From Octopus sinensis (Eukaryota): a DNA stretch of 64,000 bases. The stretch covers positions 1,550,001-1,614,000 of the forward strand of contig NC_042999.1 in assembly GCF_006345805.1 (NCBI RefSeq), read 5' to 3'. Under the pieces are notes generated by a model, which ran no database searches, was not told where the DNA came from, and saw nothing but the letters and a program-made list of their open reading frames with translations. The position numbers and the translations under genes are program-made. Shown here piece after piece: positions 1 to 13,516 of this stretch. How positions within the stretch are numbered: the stretch's first letter is position 1; each line of letters opens with the position of its first letter.

Positions 1-480
1 TTGTGCATCTAAGTGTATGGTTTTATATACTGTTACGAAGGCGAGAATAAAGTTCGAGCATGCTGTTTTGGCAGGCAATCATCTGCAGTGAATGGAAAAA
101 ATAATCTGATAAATATAATTCTAAATGGTACTATTTTGAAATACTGGTCCTTAGTTCTACAACAAAAAGAAAAAAAAATGAATAATGGATCCGTAATCAA
201 TTCTCATAAAAAATAAAGATTGTTGATCATGTGACTGGTTTAAAGCATGGTGCACATATTTTTGGTGTGCTTTTACTGTGAAAGGAATTATATAAAGTGG
301 TGAATGAATGAATGGATGGTGGGCAGTTGGTGGTGTGAGCCACAGGACTGAAGTTGAGTGATGAAGAACTACAGCTGGTATGAGTAGTGGAAATGTGAAT
401 AATGATTCATTGAAATATTTATGAAATTCCATTTTTGGGTTATTATTATTACCATATATATATATATATATATATATATT

Positions 481-708
481 TCTTTACTACCCACAAGGAG
501 TTAAACACAGAGGGGGAAAACAAGGACAAACAAATGGATTAAGTCGATTACATCGACCCCAGTGTGTTACTGGTACTTAATTTATCGACCTCGAAAGGAT
601 GAAAGGCAAAGTCAACCTCGGCGGAATTTGAACTCAGAACGTAACGGCAAACGAAATACGGCTACGCATTTCGCTCGGCGTGCTAACGTTTCTGCCAGCT
701 CGCCGCCT
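481..708 (-). mobile_element. tRNA-derived SINE, family A (octopus OK/OR-like)
   Basis: Reverse complement of GGCGGCGAGCTGGCAGAAACGTTAGCACG...GAGTTCAAATTCC (B box)...GTAAAGAAATA; many near-identical copies in window. Confidence 0.8.
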
Positions 709-741
709 TTCAAAACATAACATAGACGCATATATATATAT

Positions 742-1020
742 ATCATCATCGTTTAACGTCCACTTCCCATGCTAGCATGGGTTAGACGATTTGACTGAGG
801 TCTGGCAAACCAGATGGCTGCACCAGGCTCCAATCTGATCTGGCAGAGTTTCTACAGCTTGATGCCCTTCCTAATGCCAACCACTCCGAGAGTGTAGTGG
901 GTGCTTTTACATGCCACCGACACTGGCAACAGCCATGCTCAAATGGTGTTTTTTACATGCCACCTGCACAGGAGTCAGTCCAGCGGCACTGACAATGACC
1001 TTGTGTGAATGTTTTTTCAC
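742..1020 (-). mobile_element. RTE-LINE 3'-end-derived repeat (family D)
   Basis: Shares GGCGTTAGGAAGGGCATCCAGC...CCATGCTAGCATGGAAAG..GTTAAACGATGATGAT tail with the copy at 31332-31780 that is attached to RTE ORF2 coding sequence. Confidence 0.7.
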
Positions 1021-1270
1021 GTGTAAAACAATGTAATCTTCTCTTCAAGGAAATGAAGAAATAAAACTCACCAATAAGACATTTTAACAGAATATAATGA
1101 ATATGTATAGTAATTGTTGGGATTACACACAATACAATCCATTCACACACACAAACAAACACATACACACACACAATACCCTATACATATCCATCATATT
1201 CTGTTAAAATGTCTTATTGATGAGTTTTATTTCTTCATTTCCCTGAAGAGAAGATTACATTGTTTTACAC
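1021..1270. repeat. Inverted repeat, 90-bp arms with 70-bp CA-rich spacer (MITE/foldback-like)
   Basis: 1021-1110 is the near-exact reverse complement of 1181-1270; ORFs 953..1174(-) and 1114..1341(+) share the same peptide for this reason. Confidence 0.9.
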
Positions 1271-1573
1271 CATTGGTATTATTCCCTTGGAATAAGACCA
1301 ATGATATCTTCGAAACATGTGTTGGAAGTAAAAGAATTTGAATAACACCTGCATTTAACTCCATTTATTTATATATATTATACAAAATCCTCATCATCTT
1401 CATCATCGTTTAGCGTCCACTTTCCATGCTAGCATGGGTTGGACGGTTCAACTGGGGTCTGGGAAGCCAGAAGGATGCACCAGACCCAGTTTGATCTGGC
1501 AATGTTTCTACGGCTGGATGCCCTTCCTAACGCCAAACAAAATATTTCATGTAAACCTGGAGTTTCTACCTGT

Positions 1574-1976
1574 AAATGTAAAGCTTTGTATGAGCTTTGT
1601 TGTGTTAAGTACTGGTTATCACAAAAGTATTAAAATACATATATATACATTCTTTGATAATAATAATAAGAAATACAATCCCATACACACACATGTGCAC
1701 ACACGACACGCTGACAAATACTAATCACCCACATACACACACACACACACAAATACACACAAACATGCACACATATACACACACACCATCCTACCAAATA
1801 TAAAACACACAGAGACCCATATAAACTCTGGGACCAATCAAAAACGGCCCCCCCACACACACACACAAACACAAGCACATGTATATACACACATAGAGAC
1901 GTGCACAAAGAATGTATAACCGTATTTTAATACTTTTGTACTTAACACAACAAAGCTTATACAAAGCATTACATTT
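1574..1976. repeat. Inverted repeat, ~70-80-bp arms with ~250-bp CA-rich spacer
   Basis: AAATGTAAAGCTTTGTATGAGCTTTGTTGTGTTAAGTAC...TACATTCTTTG (1574-1656) vs its reverse complement at 1906-1976, with one short indel. Confidence 0.8.
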
Positions 1977-3585
1977 TCATTATAACGCAGTTCAGCAAAA
2001 GATACTGATATAATAAATAAGAGCCTGAACAAACAATACAAAGAATTCTTCAGGGCAGTGCCCCAGCATGGCCACAGTCTAATGAGTGAAAAAATAAAAA
2101 ATCAGAAAATAAGCTACGTGCACAATATGTAAAAATATTCCCATGGATATAAATGCCTATACATATTGTAGATGTTTATGGCTATATATATGTTCATTTA
2201 GAATATATGTTTATTAACTAGAACGATATTATTGGGATTTATCTTTCATTTATTTAATGCTTAGCACAATCTCGATAAAAATCTATGCCCCATAAAATTA
2301 TATATTTAGTAGTAAATGTATGTAGTGGGGTGTGTAGATTTAATGTACAGTTTCCATTCTTTTGCACATGAAGTATATAAAAGTTTATATATGTATAATA
2401 TATATATATATATATATAATATATATATATATATGTATGTATGCATGTATATATATATATGTATGTATATTGGATGACTCACACATAATCCTAAAACCAT
2501 AATCACCCACATATAGTGTAATCATCTGTACATCTACATGTGTAAACATATATGAATTTATGTATATATATATATAATTGTATGTGTTTACAGACACTTT
2601 ATAACTTTATAGGAAATAATTTTATAATTAATATTTAATGATTTCTTTTAACAGGGTGCAAGGGCCATTTAACAAAAACTATATATACCTATGTTTATAC
2701 ATTACTTTTAGTTTTTTTTTTTCTTTTATTATTCTTATTTTGGCTTTCGTGGAGATGAAATAGGATCGATAAAATCAACTTGGAAATATGATACCAGAAA
2801 TCTGCAGCGTATTAGATTTTATGGTATATGTTATTAATTAATATCTATTTAATAAACATAACATCAAAGGAGTGAAACATTAGAGTATATATCTCACAGA
2901 AATTGTCACAACTATAAAGCAAACAAACAAGCAAAAAACAATAAATTTACAAAAATTAAGGAAGTAAAAAAAAAAAAATTCTGCAATCACTTTCCATTAA
3001 TTTCCCTCATTTCACACCAGTTCTCTTAATTCCTCATTAAATTTAGAAATCGCAGTGCCGATCCATTTTAGCAACAGCTTCGGCATCGATATTGGTTTTA
3101 ATTTATATTTTTATTCTGTTTTTTCTTTTGGTTTTTGTTTTTGTTTTGCCTTATATATTCGCAATTGTTTCTACGACAAATATAATTATAAAACAACACT
3201 TCATCAATATTAATGACCATATATCTGTTAATTTATTTATTTTAGACATTAATAAATGTATTCATTTCATTTATGCATGTAGCAATATATGCTTGCATAC
3301 TTGAAGAATAGCATTTAAATATGTACATGAATTGTTTAAAAAATACATACAATACGCTTATGTGCATAACACATACACACACACACACATAATTATATAT
3401 AAATTAATATACATATATATAAATAAATTAATATATATATACACACATTCACTTACACATATATAAACATACACATGCATATTTAGGTTAGAATACACAC
3501 ACATTCGCATATGTACATATGTATGTATGTATATGTAAAAGCATTCATATATATTATGATAAAACATATATGCAAATATAAAACA

Positions 3586-3640
<55 letters not shown>

Positions 3641-3704
3641 ATGTGTGAGTATGTATACATATCTATCTTCATATATATATACAGCATGTCTATCTATCTA
3701 TCTA

Positions 3705-3746
<42 letters not shown>

Positions 3747-4408
3747 TATGTATATACATGCATACATATGTATAGATATCATATATCTATATATGTGTAT
3801 GCATATCTATCTTCTTATACACACACACACACACACACAAGCATGTGTATATGTATGTCTACAGAAATATATGTACCTCTGTATATATGTAGATGTAGTG
3901 TACAATGTTGCTATATTACTCCTCATTTGGTTTATACACACACACTCACACACACACACACACACCACACACACTAACTTTAAATGTTCCAGTTGAATGT
4001 AATCTATAAACATGTACAATACATTCTTCTAAATTACGGCATTGTGAAATGATTATCCGTTTTACATCTGAGCGAAATTTGGACAGGGATGGCGCTGTTG
4101 CCGCCACAGCAATAAAAGCAGCCAAAACTATGCATAGACATAAAAAAGGTAATAATAATAATAACAAATTAATGAGGTGAAGCAGTAATGAAAGGTGTAT
4201 TGTGGTTAGAAGTTTAGATTTAGTGTCTTGTATGTGTGGACATGGTGGACGAGGTACTAGTGCCGAGTTTGCAGTAAGTTAATATTGCAGTGGCAAATAT
4301 GACGAGATAAAGCATTATTAGAGAATTGTGTGTGTGCTTGTGTGTGTATATACATGTATATATGTGTGTGTATATATATGTTCATGTATATATATATAGA
4401 TATATATA

Positions 4409-4444
<36 letters not shown>

Positions 4445-4511
4445 TATATATATAATATATATGTTTGTATTTATGGATACATCTATGTATAACTAAGTAT
4501 ATATGTATATG

Positions 4512-4562
<51 letters not shown>

Positions 4563-4670
4563 GTATATATGTTATATATATATAAATATGAATACGTATA
4601 TATTTATGTGTATGTATTGTAGGTCTGTGTTTGTATATGTATATGAATATGTATATATATATGTACAGAA

Positions 4671-4722
<52 letters not shown>

Positions 4723-5719
4723 ATATATGTATGCATGTATGTAGGGGTGTATGTATGGATGTGTATGTGTGTATGTATATTAATGATTTCTCAAATAACA
4801 ATTGATGTTTCGATTGGCAATTTCACTGTGAATAATATGGAAAATTAATTATCAAAAATATAGATAAAAAAAAACTTTATAACTTAATCTCCTTATGAAT
4901 GGAAAGGGGTGAGAGGGGGGGGTAAAAGAAAATGAAAATAAATGAAAAACAAAATGCTTTAATAAATATTATCTTTTTTCATAAAGAGAAAAGCAACATT
5001 CGTCTCTCCTTCCTCGCCTCTCCATCCTTGTCTCACATTGCTTTGCTATTCCATTTCGAAATCTCTAACTCATGAGTTTTCTTTGTTGTTGCTTTTATCA
5101 TTTTTATTATTTGTTTTTATTCTCTTATTCTGTCTTTTTTCCTGTATTTCTTTATTTAATTTTAAAAAATTCTTTCCATGTTTTATAATTTTTTTTTTTT
5201 TGATAAATTTAATAATTTTGTAAATGAAATGGAGATTTCAAGAGCAATCCAAAAATTTACTCGTACCAAAAAAAAAAGAAAAATTGAGATAAATTTTTAA
5301 AAAATATTTGAGTGTAAATTTTGATAATACAATTTAAATCAAAATCATAAATATATTTGAATCAAAATATAGATATGGTCGAACGGTCATATTGGTGGCT
5401 GAGTGGATAAGGCATCTGGCCATGAATTCTTGGTCTTCAGTTCATATCTGCTTTATTATATAACTGCTATGATCTCTTCATCTCTCATTTTGCTTTTTTC
5501 AATCTTTCAACACATATTACATGCAATTATGTCTGCATGGCAGCATATACATAGCTGCTCTATTAAGGAACTTGCTTACCAATTTTGTGGTTTGGCATTA
5601 AGACCTACTGCATGGCACCTAGGGCAAGTATCTTCGACTATGATACACAAATGTGTTCATATAAACATAACTATTGGTTATAGGTATAATTCATGCTATC
5701 ACAAGTTTTTTGTAGCAAA

Positions 5720-6110
5720 TCTCTATATATAAAGTTGAAGTTGTCTGTGTATGGCAGGTTTGGTAGCCTTCAACTAACACTATCTCCTCTGAGACCCTGC
5801 GGTGCAAGTTGACCAAATTTGAGAGTATGATAGAAGAAGGCTTGCTCTTCCTTCCATAGAAGAAAAAAATTCAAATCGAACCATGTTAACACCAAAAATT
5901 ATTTACATCAAAAAGGTGCTTTTTTTCTACAAAAATCCCTATTTTTTACGATATTTTGACTGCTGTGTCGCCATTTTTCGGTGTATTTCAACCAGAAAAA
6001 TGTTCACTTAAAGAGAATAAGAAGCTACATAATGCAAAGTTTTTACTTTTCAAAAATTCCAATTCTAAAGGATTAAAACAAACCCGAACAACGCTGGGCG
6101 ACACAGTTAG
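5720..6110 (+). mobile_element. Non-autonomous Helitron-like element
   Basis: 5' A|TCTCTATATATAAAG, 3' CAACGCTGGGCGACACAGTTAG|T; termini resemble those of 43066-43463; sits between A and T. Confidence 0.6.
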
Positions 6111-6609
6111 TGTATTATATACAGGATTCTGATGAGCTGATATTCAGTTGTATTCATATAATGATACACCTTGAATCTATAGTTGTGTATATTATATACA
6201 TAATATGGCAATACTCTTGGCTATGGAAAGTGATGAAACAATTGTAAACATATGTAATGAAATAATTGCTCACATAAATCTCCTTGTTGATACTTATATG
6301 ATCATAAGTATGTATGAATGTATCATCACCATCATGTTTGCATGGGTCAAACAATTTATTGAGGCAGATTTTCTACAGTTGGATGTCCTTCTTATCACCA
6401 ACCCTCAGCTGTTTCCAGACAAGGTAATATTTCCCAGTGTCCAAGTATGTTTTCACAGAATATTGTAAATCAATAATGTTACTTTGCAGTAATCGTGATG
6501 TCAAGACATGGAGGCTCAAACTTACACATACATGCATATGTATATACATATACGCACCTATATACACATACATTTTTGTATTGTGGCACTCCATCAGTTA
6601 CGACAAAGA

Positions 6610-6905
6610 GCATTTCAGTTGATCCAATCAATGGAACAACTTGCTCATGAAATTAACGTGCAAGTGGCTGAGTACTCCACAGACACGCATACCCTTAATA
6701 TAGTTCATTGAGAACTTCAGTGTGACTCAGTATGTGACAAAGCTGGCCCTTTTGAAATACAGGTACAACTCATTTTTGCCAGCTGAGTGGACTGGAGCAA
6801 TATGAAGTAAAGTGTCTTGCTCAAGGACACAATGCATTGCCAGGAATTGAACTCATGACCTAACGATTGTGAGCTGAATACCCTAACCACTAAGCCACGT
6901 ACCTT
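6610..6905 (-). mobile_element. tRNA-derived SINE, family C
   Basis: Minus strand TGGCTTAGTGG (A box)...GAGTTCAATTCC (B box), then GTGTCCTTGAGCAAGACACTTTA core shared by several copies. Confidence 0.75.
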
Positions 6906-6935
6906 CACATAATGTTATGTGAATATATGTATATG

Positions 6936-6964
<29 letters not shown>

Positions 6965-6967
<3 letters not shown>

Positions 6968-7448
6968 AAGTTAATCCAAACAAGAAAACACAAAAAAAAC
7001 ACAACGCGAGGACGTGGAACAAATATAGTATTATTGGAAGCTCAGGAAAGAAGGAAAGAAGGAGGGTTTAATGTTTCGAGCGGAGCTCTTCATTGAAAAC
7101 ATAGGAGAAGGACAGATCCAGAGAAGGGAAGACAGAGGAAAAAAATCACCAATGGTACACACGAGGTCACATTTTGAATATATATATATATATATATATA
7201 CATACATACACACATATACATATGTATATAATGAGATACTTTCATTATTGGACGCTCGGGAAAGAAGGAAAGAAGAAGGGTTTAATGTTTCGAGCAGAGC
7301 TCTTCGTCGGAAACATAGGAGAAGCAAAGATCCAGAGAAGGGAAGACAGAGGAAAAAAATCACCAATGGTACACACATGGTCACATTTTGAATACATATA
7401 TATACATACATACACACATATACATATGTATATAATGAGATACTTTCA
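6965..7448 (-). repeat. Tandem duplication (~210 bp x2) of a probable PLE pLTR fragment with HHR-like motif
   Basis: 7031-7244 and 7245-7448 are direct repeats; each has (minus strand) a GAGC-loop-GCTC-GAAAC hairpin downstream of a C[CA][GA]..GAAGA-like core. Confidence 0.6.
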
Positions 7449-8242
7449 GTTTCCATTTGTCAAATCCAGTGGCTGACCTAGGGCTACAATACAAGACACT
7501 TGCCCAAGGCACCACGCAGTGGGAATGAACCCAAAGCCATGTGATTTCGAAGCAAATTTTCTACCACACAGCCATAACTACGAATATATGTACGCACGTA
7601 TGTAAACATGCATGTACACACATATGTCTACGAATGGATGGATGGATGGATGAATGTGAAATAACAAATTCTAATTCTTGTTCTTTCACAAGTTATTGCT
7701 TTCAAGCCTTGTCACTAAACATTCTCTCTACAAGATTTCAATTAACTGTAGTTCTTCCAGTAAAAATAACCATTTATAAAATACCAATAAACTTCAATTT
7801 TTGTTTCCCCCTCAAGTCTTATTTTAGCTCTGTATTATTAATAAAATAAGTGAAATTTGCCTCAAGCATCTCTCTCTCTCTCTCATGCTGTTACACAGTA
7901 AATTTCCCTCCATCTGTTATTGATTGGGGGATCAAAAGAATTAATACTCACAATAAAATAGTTCTGTCGAGTTCTTTACATTTTGTTTTGCATTTTTTTG
8001 CTTTTCTTCTTGGTTATTCCTGTTTTATTTTTTCTGCTATATTTATTATATTTTGTAGTTTTGTCACATGAAAATTGTAAGTTAAAACGTGATGTGGTGA
8101 GTAAGATTTTAATTTACCCAGTCGTGCAATAAGTGGAAAGCCATATGAAAAGAGAACACATGATGTATATTGGATGAAATGTATATAAACGTGAAGGCTA
8201 TCACATCATTTATCTAGTCTACAACAGATGTTTACATACATG

Positions 8243-8308
<66 letters not shown>

Positions 8309-8346
8309 ATATATATATTATATATATATATATGTATATTGTGTGT

Positions 8347-8379
<33 letters not shown>

Positions 8380-9128
8380 ATTATATTATATATATATTTT
8401 ATATATATGTATATTATATATATATGTATATATGTATATATATATATTATATTATATATATATGTATGTATATATATATTTTATATATATGTATATTGTA
8501 TATATATATATATATGTATTATATATATATATGTATATATATATGTATATATGTATATATGTATGTATGTATGATATTGTGATGTATAGGTTTCTTTACA
8601 ATTTTATACACACACACTATTTATCTTTCCTATGTTAAATATTTATATATATTGCTTAGAATCGTCATATGTACATGATCAGACATGTCAAACTTGCAGT
8701 AATGTGGATTTGAGTCAAACCTGTCAAATATATATGTACTTTCATCTGTATCTTTTATTTGTTTCAGTCATTAGACTGTGGCCACGCTGGAGCACTGCCT
8801 TAAAGGAATTTTTAGTCACACGTATCAACTCCAGCGCTTATTTATTTTTAAAAGCTTCGTACTTATTCTGTTGGTCTCTTTTGCGAATCACTAAGTCATG
8901 GGGATGTAGATACACCAGCACACAAAGACACACACATGGGCTTCTTTCAGGTTCCACCTACCACATTCACTCACAGGCTTTGGTCGGCTCAAGGCTTTTA
9001 GTAAAAGGTTCCACACAGTATTAAATCCTGAACTATGTGGTTTGGAAGCAAGCTTCTTACAACAGAGCTACGTCTGTAATATAGTATTCAAATAAAAGCT
9101 ACTAATAGTTTCAAGCAGTCAAAGGGGC

Positions 9129-9510
9129 TGTGTGGTAGTAGCTTGCTTACGAACCACATGGTTCTGGTTAAGTCCCACTGCATGGCACCTTGGGCAAGTA
9201 TCTTCTACTATAGCCTCGGATCGACCAAAGCCTTGTGAGTGTATTTGGCAGACGGAAACTGAAAGAAGCCCATCATATATATCTATATATATATGTGTGT
9301 GTGTGTGTATGTTTGTGTGTCTGTGTTTGTCACCTCAACATCGCTTGACAACTGATGCTGGTGTGCTTACTTAGCAGTTCGGTAAATAGACTGATAGAAT
9401 AAGTACTAGGCTTACAAAGAATAAGTCCTGGTGTCAATTTGTTTGACTAAAGGAAGTGCTCCAGCATGGCCACAGTCAAATGACTGAAACGAGCAAAAGA
9501 GTAAAAGAGT
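9129..9510 (+). mobile_element. tRNA-derived SINE, family B
   Basis: GCTGTGTGGTAGTAGCTTGCTTAC..GGCACCTTGGGCAAGT..internal (TG)n..GCTCCAGCATGGCC..GACTGAAAC..AAAAGAGTA tail. Confidence 0.8.
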
Positions 9511-9989
9511 AACTCTATAGCATGTCTTTCTATAGCAGGTCTTGTGTTTCGATGAAATCCTTCAGGTTTAGTGCATCTGGTTAGTCCTATTTGAAAAGAA
9601 GGACACTGGCTTATGAGAAAATATGAGAAAAAAAGCAAGAAGAAAGTCGATACAAAAAGAGGAATAACAAGATAAAGGGTGGATAAAATGGAAAAAGCAA
9701 GAAAAGAAAAGAATAAAAACCAAGAGTTACATCTCTTTGTCCATAAACATCATAATTAATCTAGCTAGTGTAGGAGAATTCAACAGGTCTGTGAGATAGC
9801 TACTCAATAAGTGATCGTTGTCAGCATCGCCTCACTGGCACTTGTGCTGGTGGCATGTGAACAAAACATTGGAGCGAGGTCGTTCTGTTGATCGCATCAG
9901 CTGGGACTCTTGTCATTATATCCAACAGAGTGCTACATATATGTTTACATTCATACATACTCCCACACGCATATATTCTTTTCTATTCT

Positions 9990-10330
9990 TGACACAAGGT
10001 CTGAAATTTTCGGGGAGGGGGCCAGTCGATTAGATCAACTCAGTGTGCAACTGGTACTTAATTTATCAACTCCAGAAAGGATGATAGGCAAAGTTGACCT
10101 CAGCAGTATTTGAACTCAGAACACAAAGACAGATGAAATACCGCTAAGCATTTCTTATTTCTTTATTGCCCACAGGAGGCTACACACAGAGAGGACAAGC
10201 AAGGACAGACAAATGGATTAAGTCGATTATATCGACCCCAGTGCATAACTGGTACTTATTTAATCGACCCCGAAAGGATGAAAGGCAAAGTCAACCTCAG
10301 CAGAATTTCGCCTGGCATGCTAACATTTTT
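9990..10330. mobile_element. Cluster of family A SINE fragments in both orientations
   Basis: GGATGAAAGGCAAAGTCAACCTC / GGTACTTAATTTATCGACCCC segments repeated. Confidence 0.65.
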
Positions 10331-10442
10331 GCCATCTCATCGCCTTGTGCATATATTGGCATGTGTGTTTGTGTGTTTATATAAATCATGCCGTCATAAC
10401 ACATTTATAAATTATATACCAAAAGAAATTCTAAAGAAACTA

Positions 10443-10492
<50 letters not shown>

Positions 10493-10499
10493 TTACTTT

Positions 10500-10723
10500 T
10501 ATTCGTTTATTTCTTTCAGTCATTTGACTGCGGCCATGCTGGAACACCACCTTTAGTTGAACAAATTGGCCTCAGAACTTATTCCTTATAACTTAGTACT
10601 TATTCTGTCTCTTTTTCCGAACTACTAAGTTACGGAGATGTAGACACACCACCATCGGTTTTCAAGCAATAGTGGTGGGACAAGCACAGACACACAAAGA
10701 CACACACATAAATACACATACAC

Positions 10724-10762
<39 letters not shown>

Positions 10763-10912
10763 ACAGGCTTCTTTCAGTTTTTGTCTACAAAATCTACTCA
10801 CAACGTTTTGGTCAATCTGAGGCTTTAGTAGAAGACATTTTTCCAATGTACCACGCAGTGGAACTGAACCCAGAACCATGTGGTTGGTAAGCAAGCTACT
10901 TACCACACAGCC
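10500..10912 (-). mobile_element. tRNA-derived SINE, family B
   Basis: Reverse complement of full family B consensus including head GCTGTGTGGTAAGTAGCTTGCTTACCAACCACATGG. Confidence 0.8.
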
Positions 10913-11816
10913 TCATGTACATGCATATGTTTATAACACCCCCCCACACACACCAAACCAAATCTAATAAATATACAAGCGAAATATATGACAAAAAATA
11001 CACTTTTATTTCTTCACCATTTTCCATTAAACGCAATAATTCAGTTACTTGTGATAATTTTAGTAACAAATATATTAAATGAAGTTAATTGAAACATTTT
11101 AGATACAGTATTAACGTCTTCCTGTTCTCTGGTATTATTAGTTTCAGGTAGTTACTTAAAGAGTGATGTTATGTACCAGAGAGAACGCAGGAACAAGAAA
11201 GAGAGAGACGGGGGTTGAGATACATTTCATTGTCTGACAGATCTCAAGTAAAACATTATGGCGTAGCATACAGAATTAACATTTGTCAATTGGTGCAATT
11301 AGATGCTGGTTATTCTTGATGTTAACGGGTGCTGTGTGCAGCTCCTAACATTATGACTTATTCTTCAACAAAGCTTCGTAATGAGTCATCACCGTGACCT
11401 GCCTCGAGGCAAGCTATTACTGGTCTTGAAATAACTACTTAGGTGAATGGATGTGTTAATAAGTACCTGAGAAAGAAGTCTCTAGTCTCCCTTATGCGGT
11501 AATTACAGTGATGCTAATTATCTGCTAGAAATAGCAACCATATCTCCCTCAAATCACATGCAATACTGCTTCCTTATAATTATTATCGTCATCATGTAAT
11601 GTCCACTGTTCCATGTTTGCTTAAGTCAGACGGAATTTGTTGAGACAGATTTTTCACAGCTGGATGCTCTTTCTGTCATTAATCCTCACCTGCTCCCGTG
11701 CAAGGTAATAGCATTCCTCATAGCCAATCATGATTTTCGTGGAAATCTGAAAATGAACAGCATGTGGAAGTGATGCTTGTATACACCCAACACCTGATGT
11801 CAAAAATATACACACG

Positions 11817-11851
<35 letters not shown>

Positions 11852-11854
<3 letters not shown>

Positions 11855-11950
11855 CCCAGGAAGACATGGGATGAAGTAGAGAAGCATGATCGTTGAACTT
11901 TGGGCCTTATAGAAGAAATAATTAGAGACCAAAACCTTTGGCATTATGCC
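11852..11950 (+). pseudogene. RTE-clade LINE ORF2 C-terminal fragment
   Basis: Translates KPRKTWDEVEKHDR*TLGLIEEIIRDQNLWHYA, homologous to 31332-31470 and to the RTE C-terminal GRPxKTW...DRxxWR motif. Confidence 0.7.
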
Positions 11951-12390
11951 AATTTTCGTCATCAGAAACGATTCGGTAAAGAAATCGTTGCTTGTGTCCA
12001 TGAGTTGCGTGGTGACGAGTAAGCAAACCAGTGGAGATTGTGGCTTGTTGATTTTTGTCATGCGGAACCCATGCTCCATACTTCTGAACCTTTCTCATTG
12101 AGTGAAGATGAAGTGTGGGAGCATTCCATTTTCTCTGCAAATTTTCTTTTCATTTGATGAGAATTTTCATGCAAAATTTGGTTTAATTGCTCTTCATCAA
12201 ACTCAACTGGACGGGCAGAACATGGTGCGCCCTTGAGGTCAAAATTTCCAGTTTTGAAATTGGCATACCAATCATGAGGAGTGCTTTCAGCTATGGCTCC
12301 CTCTCCATACACAGCACAAATGTGAGCAGCTTTTGCGGCCTTAGAACCTTGATTAAAAGCAAAAAGAAGAAGGTGTCGAGAATGCCTGTT
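11949..12390 (-). pseudogene. mariner (Tc1/mariner) transposase N-terminal fragment, frameshifted
   Basis: HSRHLLLFAFNQG...ICAVYGEGAI...WYANFKTGNFDLKGAPCSARPVEFDE (paired HTH, decayed GRP motif), then in another frame GAWVPH (WVPHEL motif)...FLYRIVSDDENW (TGDEKW motif with first catalytic Asp); truncated there. Confidence 0.9.
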
Positions 12391-12392
12391 CC

Positions 12393-12658
12393 ACTGGACT
12401 GGCTCCTGTGCAGGTGGCATGTAAAAAATACCATTTGAGTGTGGCCGTTGCCAGTACCACATGATTGGTCCTCATGCCGGTGGCCCATAAAAGCACCCAC
12501 TACACTCTCGGAGTGGTTGGTGTTAGGAAGGGCATCCAGCTGTAGAAACTCTGCCAGATCAAGACTGAAGCCTGGTGCAGCCATCTGGTTCGCCAGGCCT
12601 CAGTCATACGTCCAACCCATGCTAGCATGGAAAGCAGACATTAAACGATGATGATGAT
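12393..12658 (+). mobile_element. RTE-LINE 3'-derived repeat (family D)
   Basis: Family D body ending GACATTAAACGATGATGATG. Confidence 0.7.
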
Positions 12659-12659
12659 T

Positions 12660-12714
12660 ATGATAGACAGACAGACAGACAGACAGAGAGATAGATTGAT
12701 AGATAGATAGAAAA

Positions 12715-12767
<53 letters not shown>

Positions 12768-12900
12768 CAGATAGATAGATAGATAGATAGGTTGATACAT
12801 ACATACATACATACATACATACATACATACATACATACATACATGCATACATACATACATACGTACGTACGTACATACATACATACATACATACATACAT
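12660..12900 (+). repeat. Compound microsatellite (AGAC)n(AGAT)n(ACAT)n
   Basis: Direct reading. Confidence 0.95.
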
Positions 12901-13404
12901 AGCTGAAGGGAAAAAGACATACCTACATATACAGCTACACATGCATACACACATATTGCCAGAGACAATTTTATTGAACCCAGAACCAAAGAGAAATTCT
13001 AACTTCAAACACAGAAGATACCAAAATCTCAATACGTCAGCGTTTAGTCCTGCATTCAACCAATTCTATGACTCTATTAATTTGACCAAACATAAATTCT
13101 TAGCATAGTTCTTCTCATCTGACCTCTATATTTACTATTGTTGCAGCATCAATTATGAATCCTTTCAAATTCTTCCAGAAGTCTATTGTTTTTCATTGTT
13201 TTATTTTTCTCATAAATTTCTTCATTTTACTAATTAGAGCCATAATTAATCAAATGTAATTTAATATTGAAAGTTTTAATACCGAACATCTATGATGTTT
13301 TATTGTATTTATCTGTTTCTCGTTTGATACTCGTTTTGATTCTGGCCAGCATCTGCTGTGTGTGTGTGTGTGTGTATATGTGCAAGCATGCATACATACC
13401 TACA

Positions 13405-13447
<43 letters not shown>

Positions 13448-13516
13448 GCATATACATACACACACACACACATATATATATATATACATATACATATACA
13501 CACACACACACACACA

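Noticed and set aside
6124-6180. CTGATGA followed by a GCTGA/TCAGT hairpin and a second hairpin (hammerhead-like junction)
   Set aside because: No GAAA core and no NUH cleavage triplet in register.
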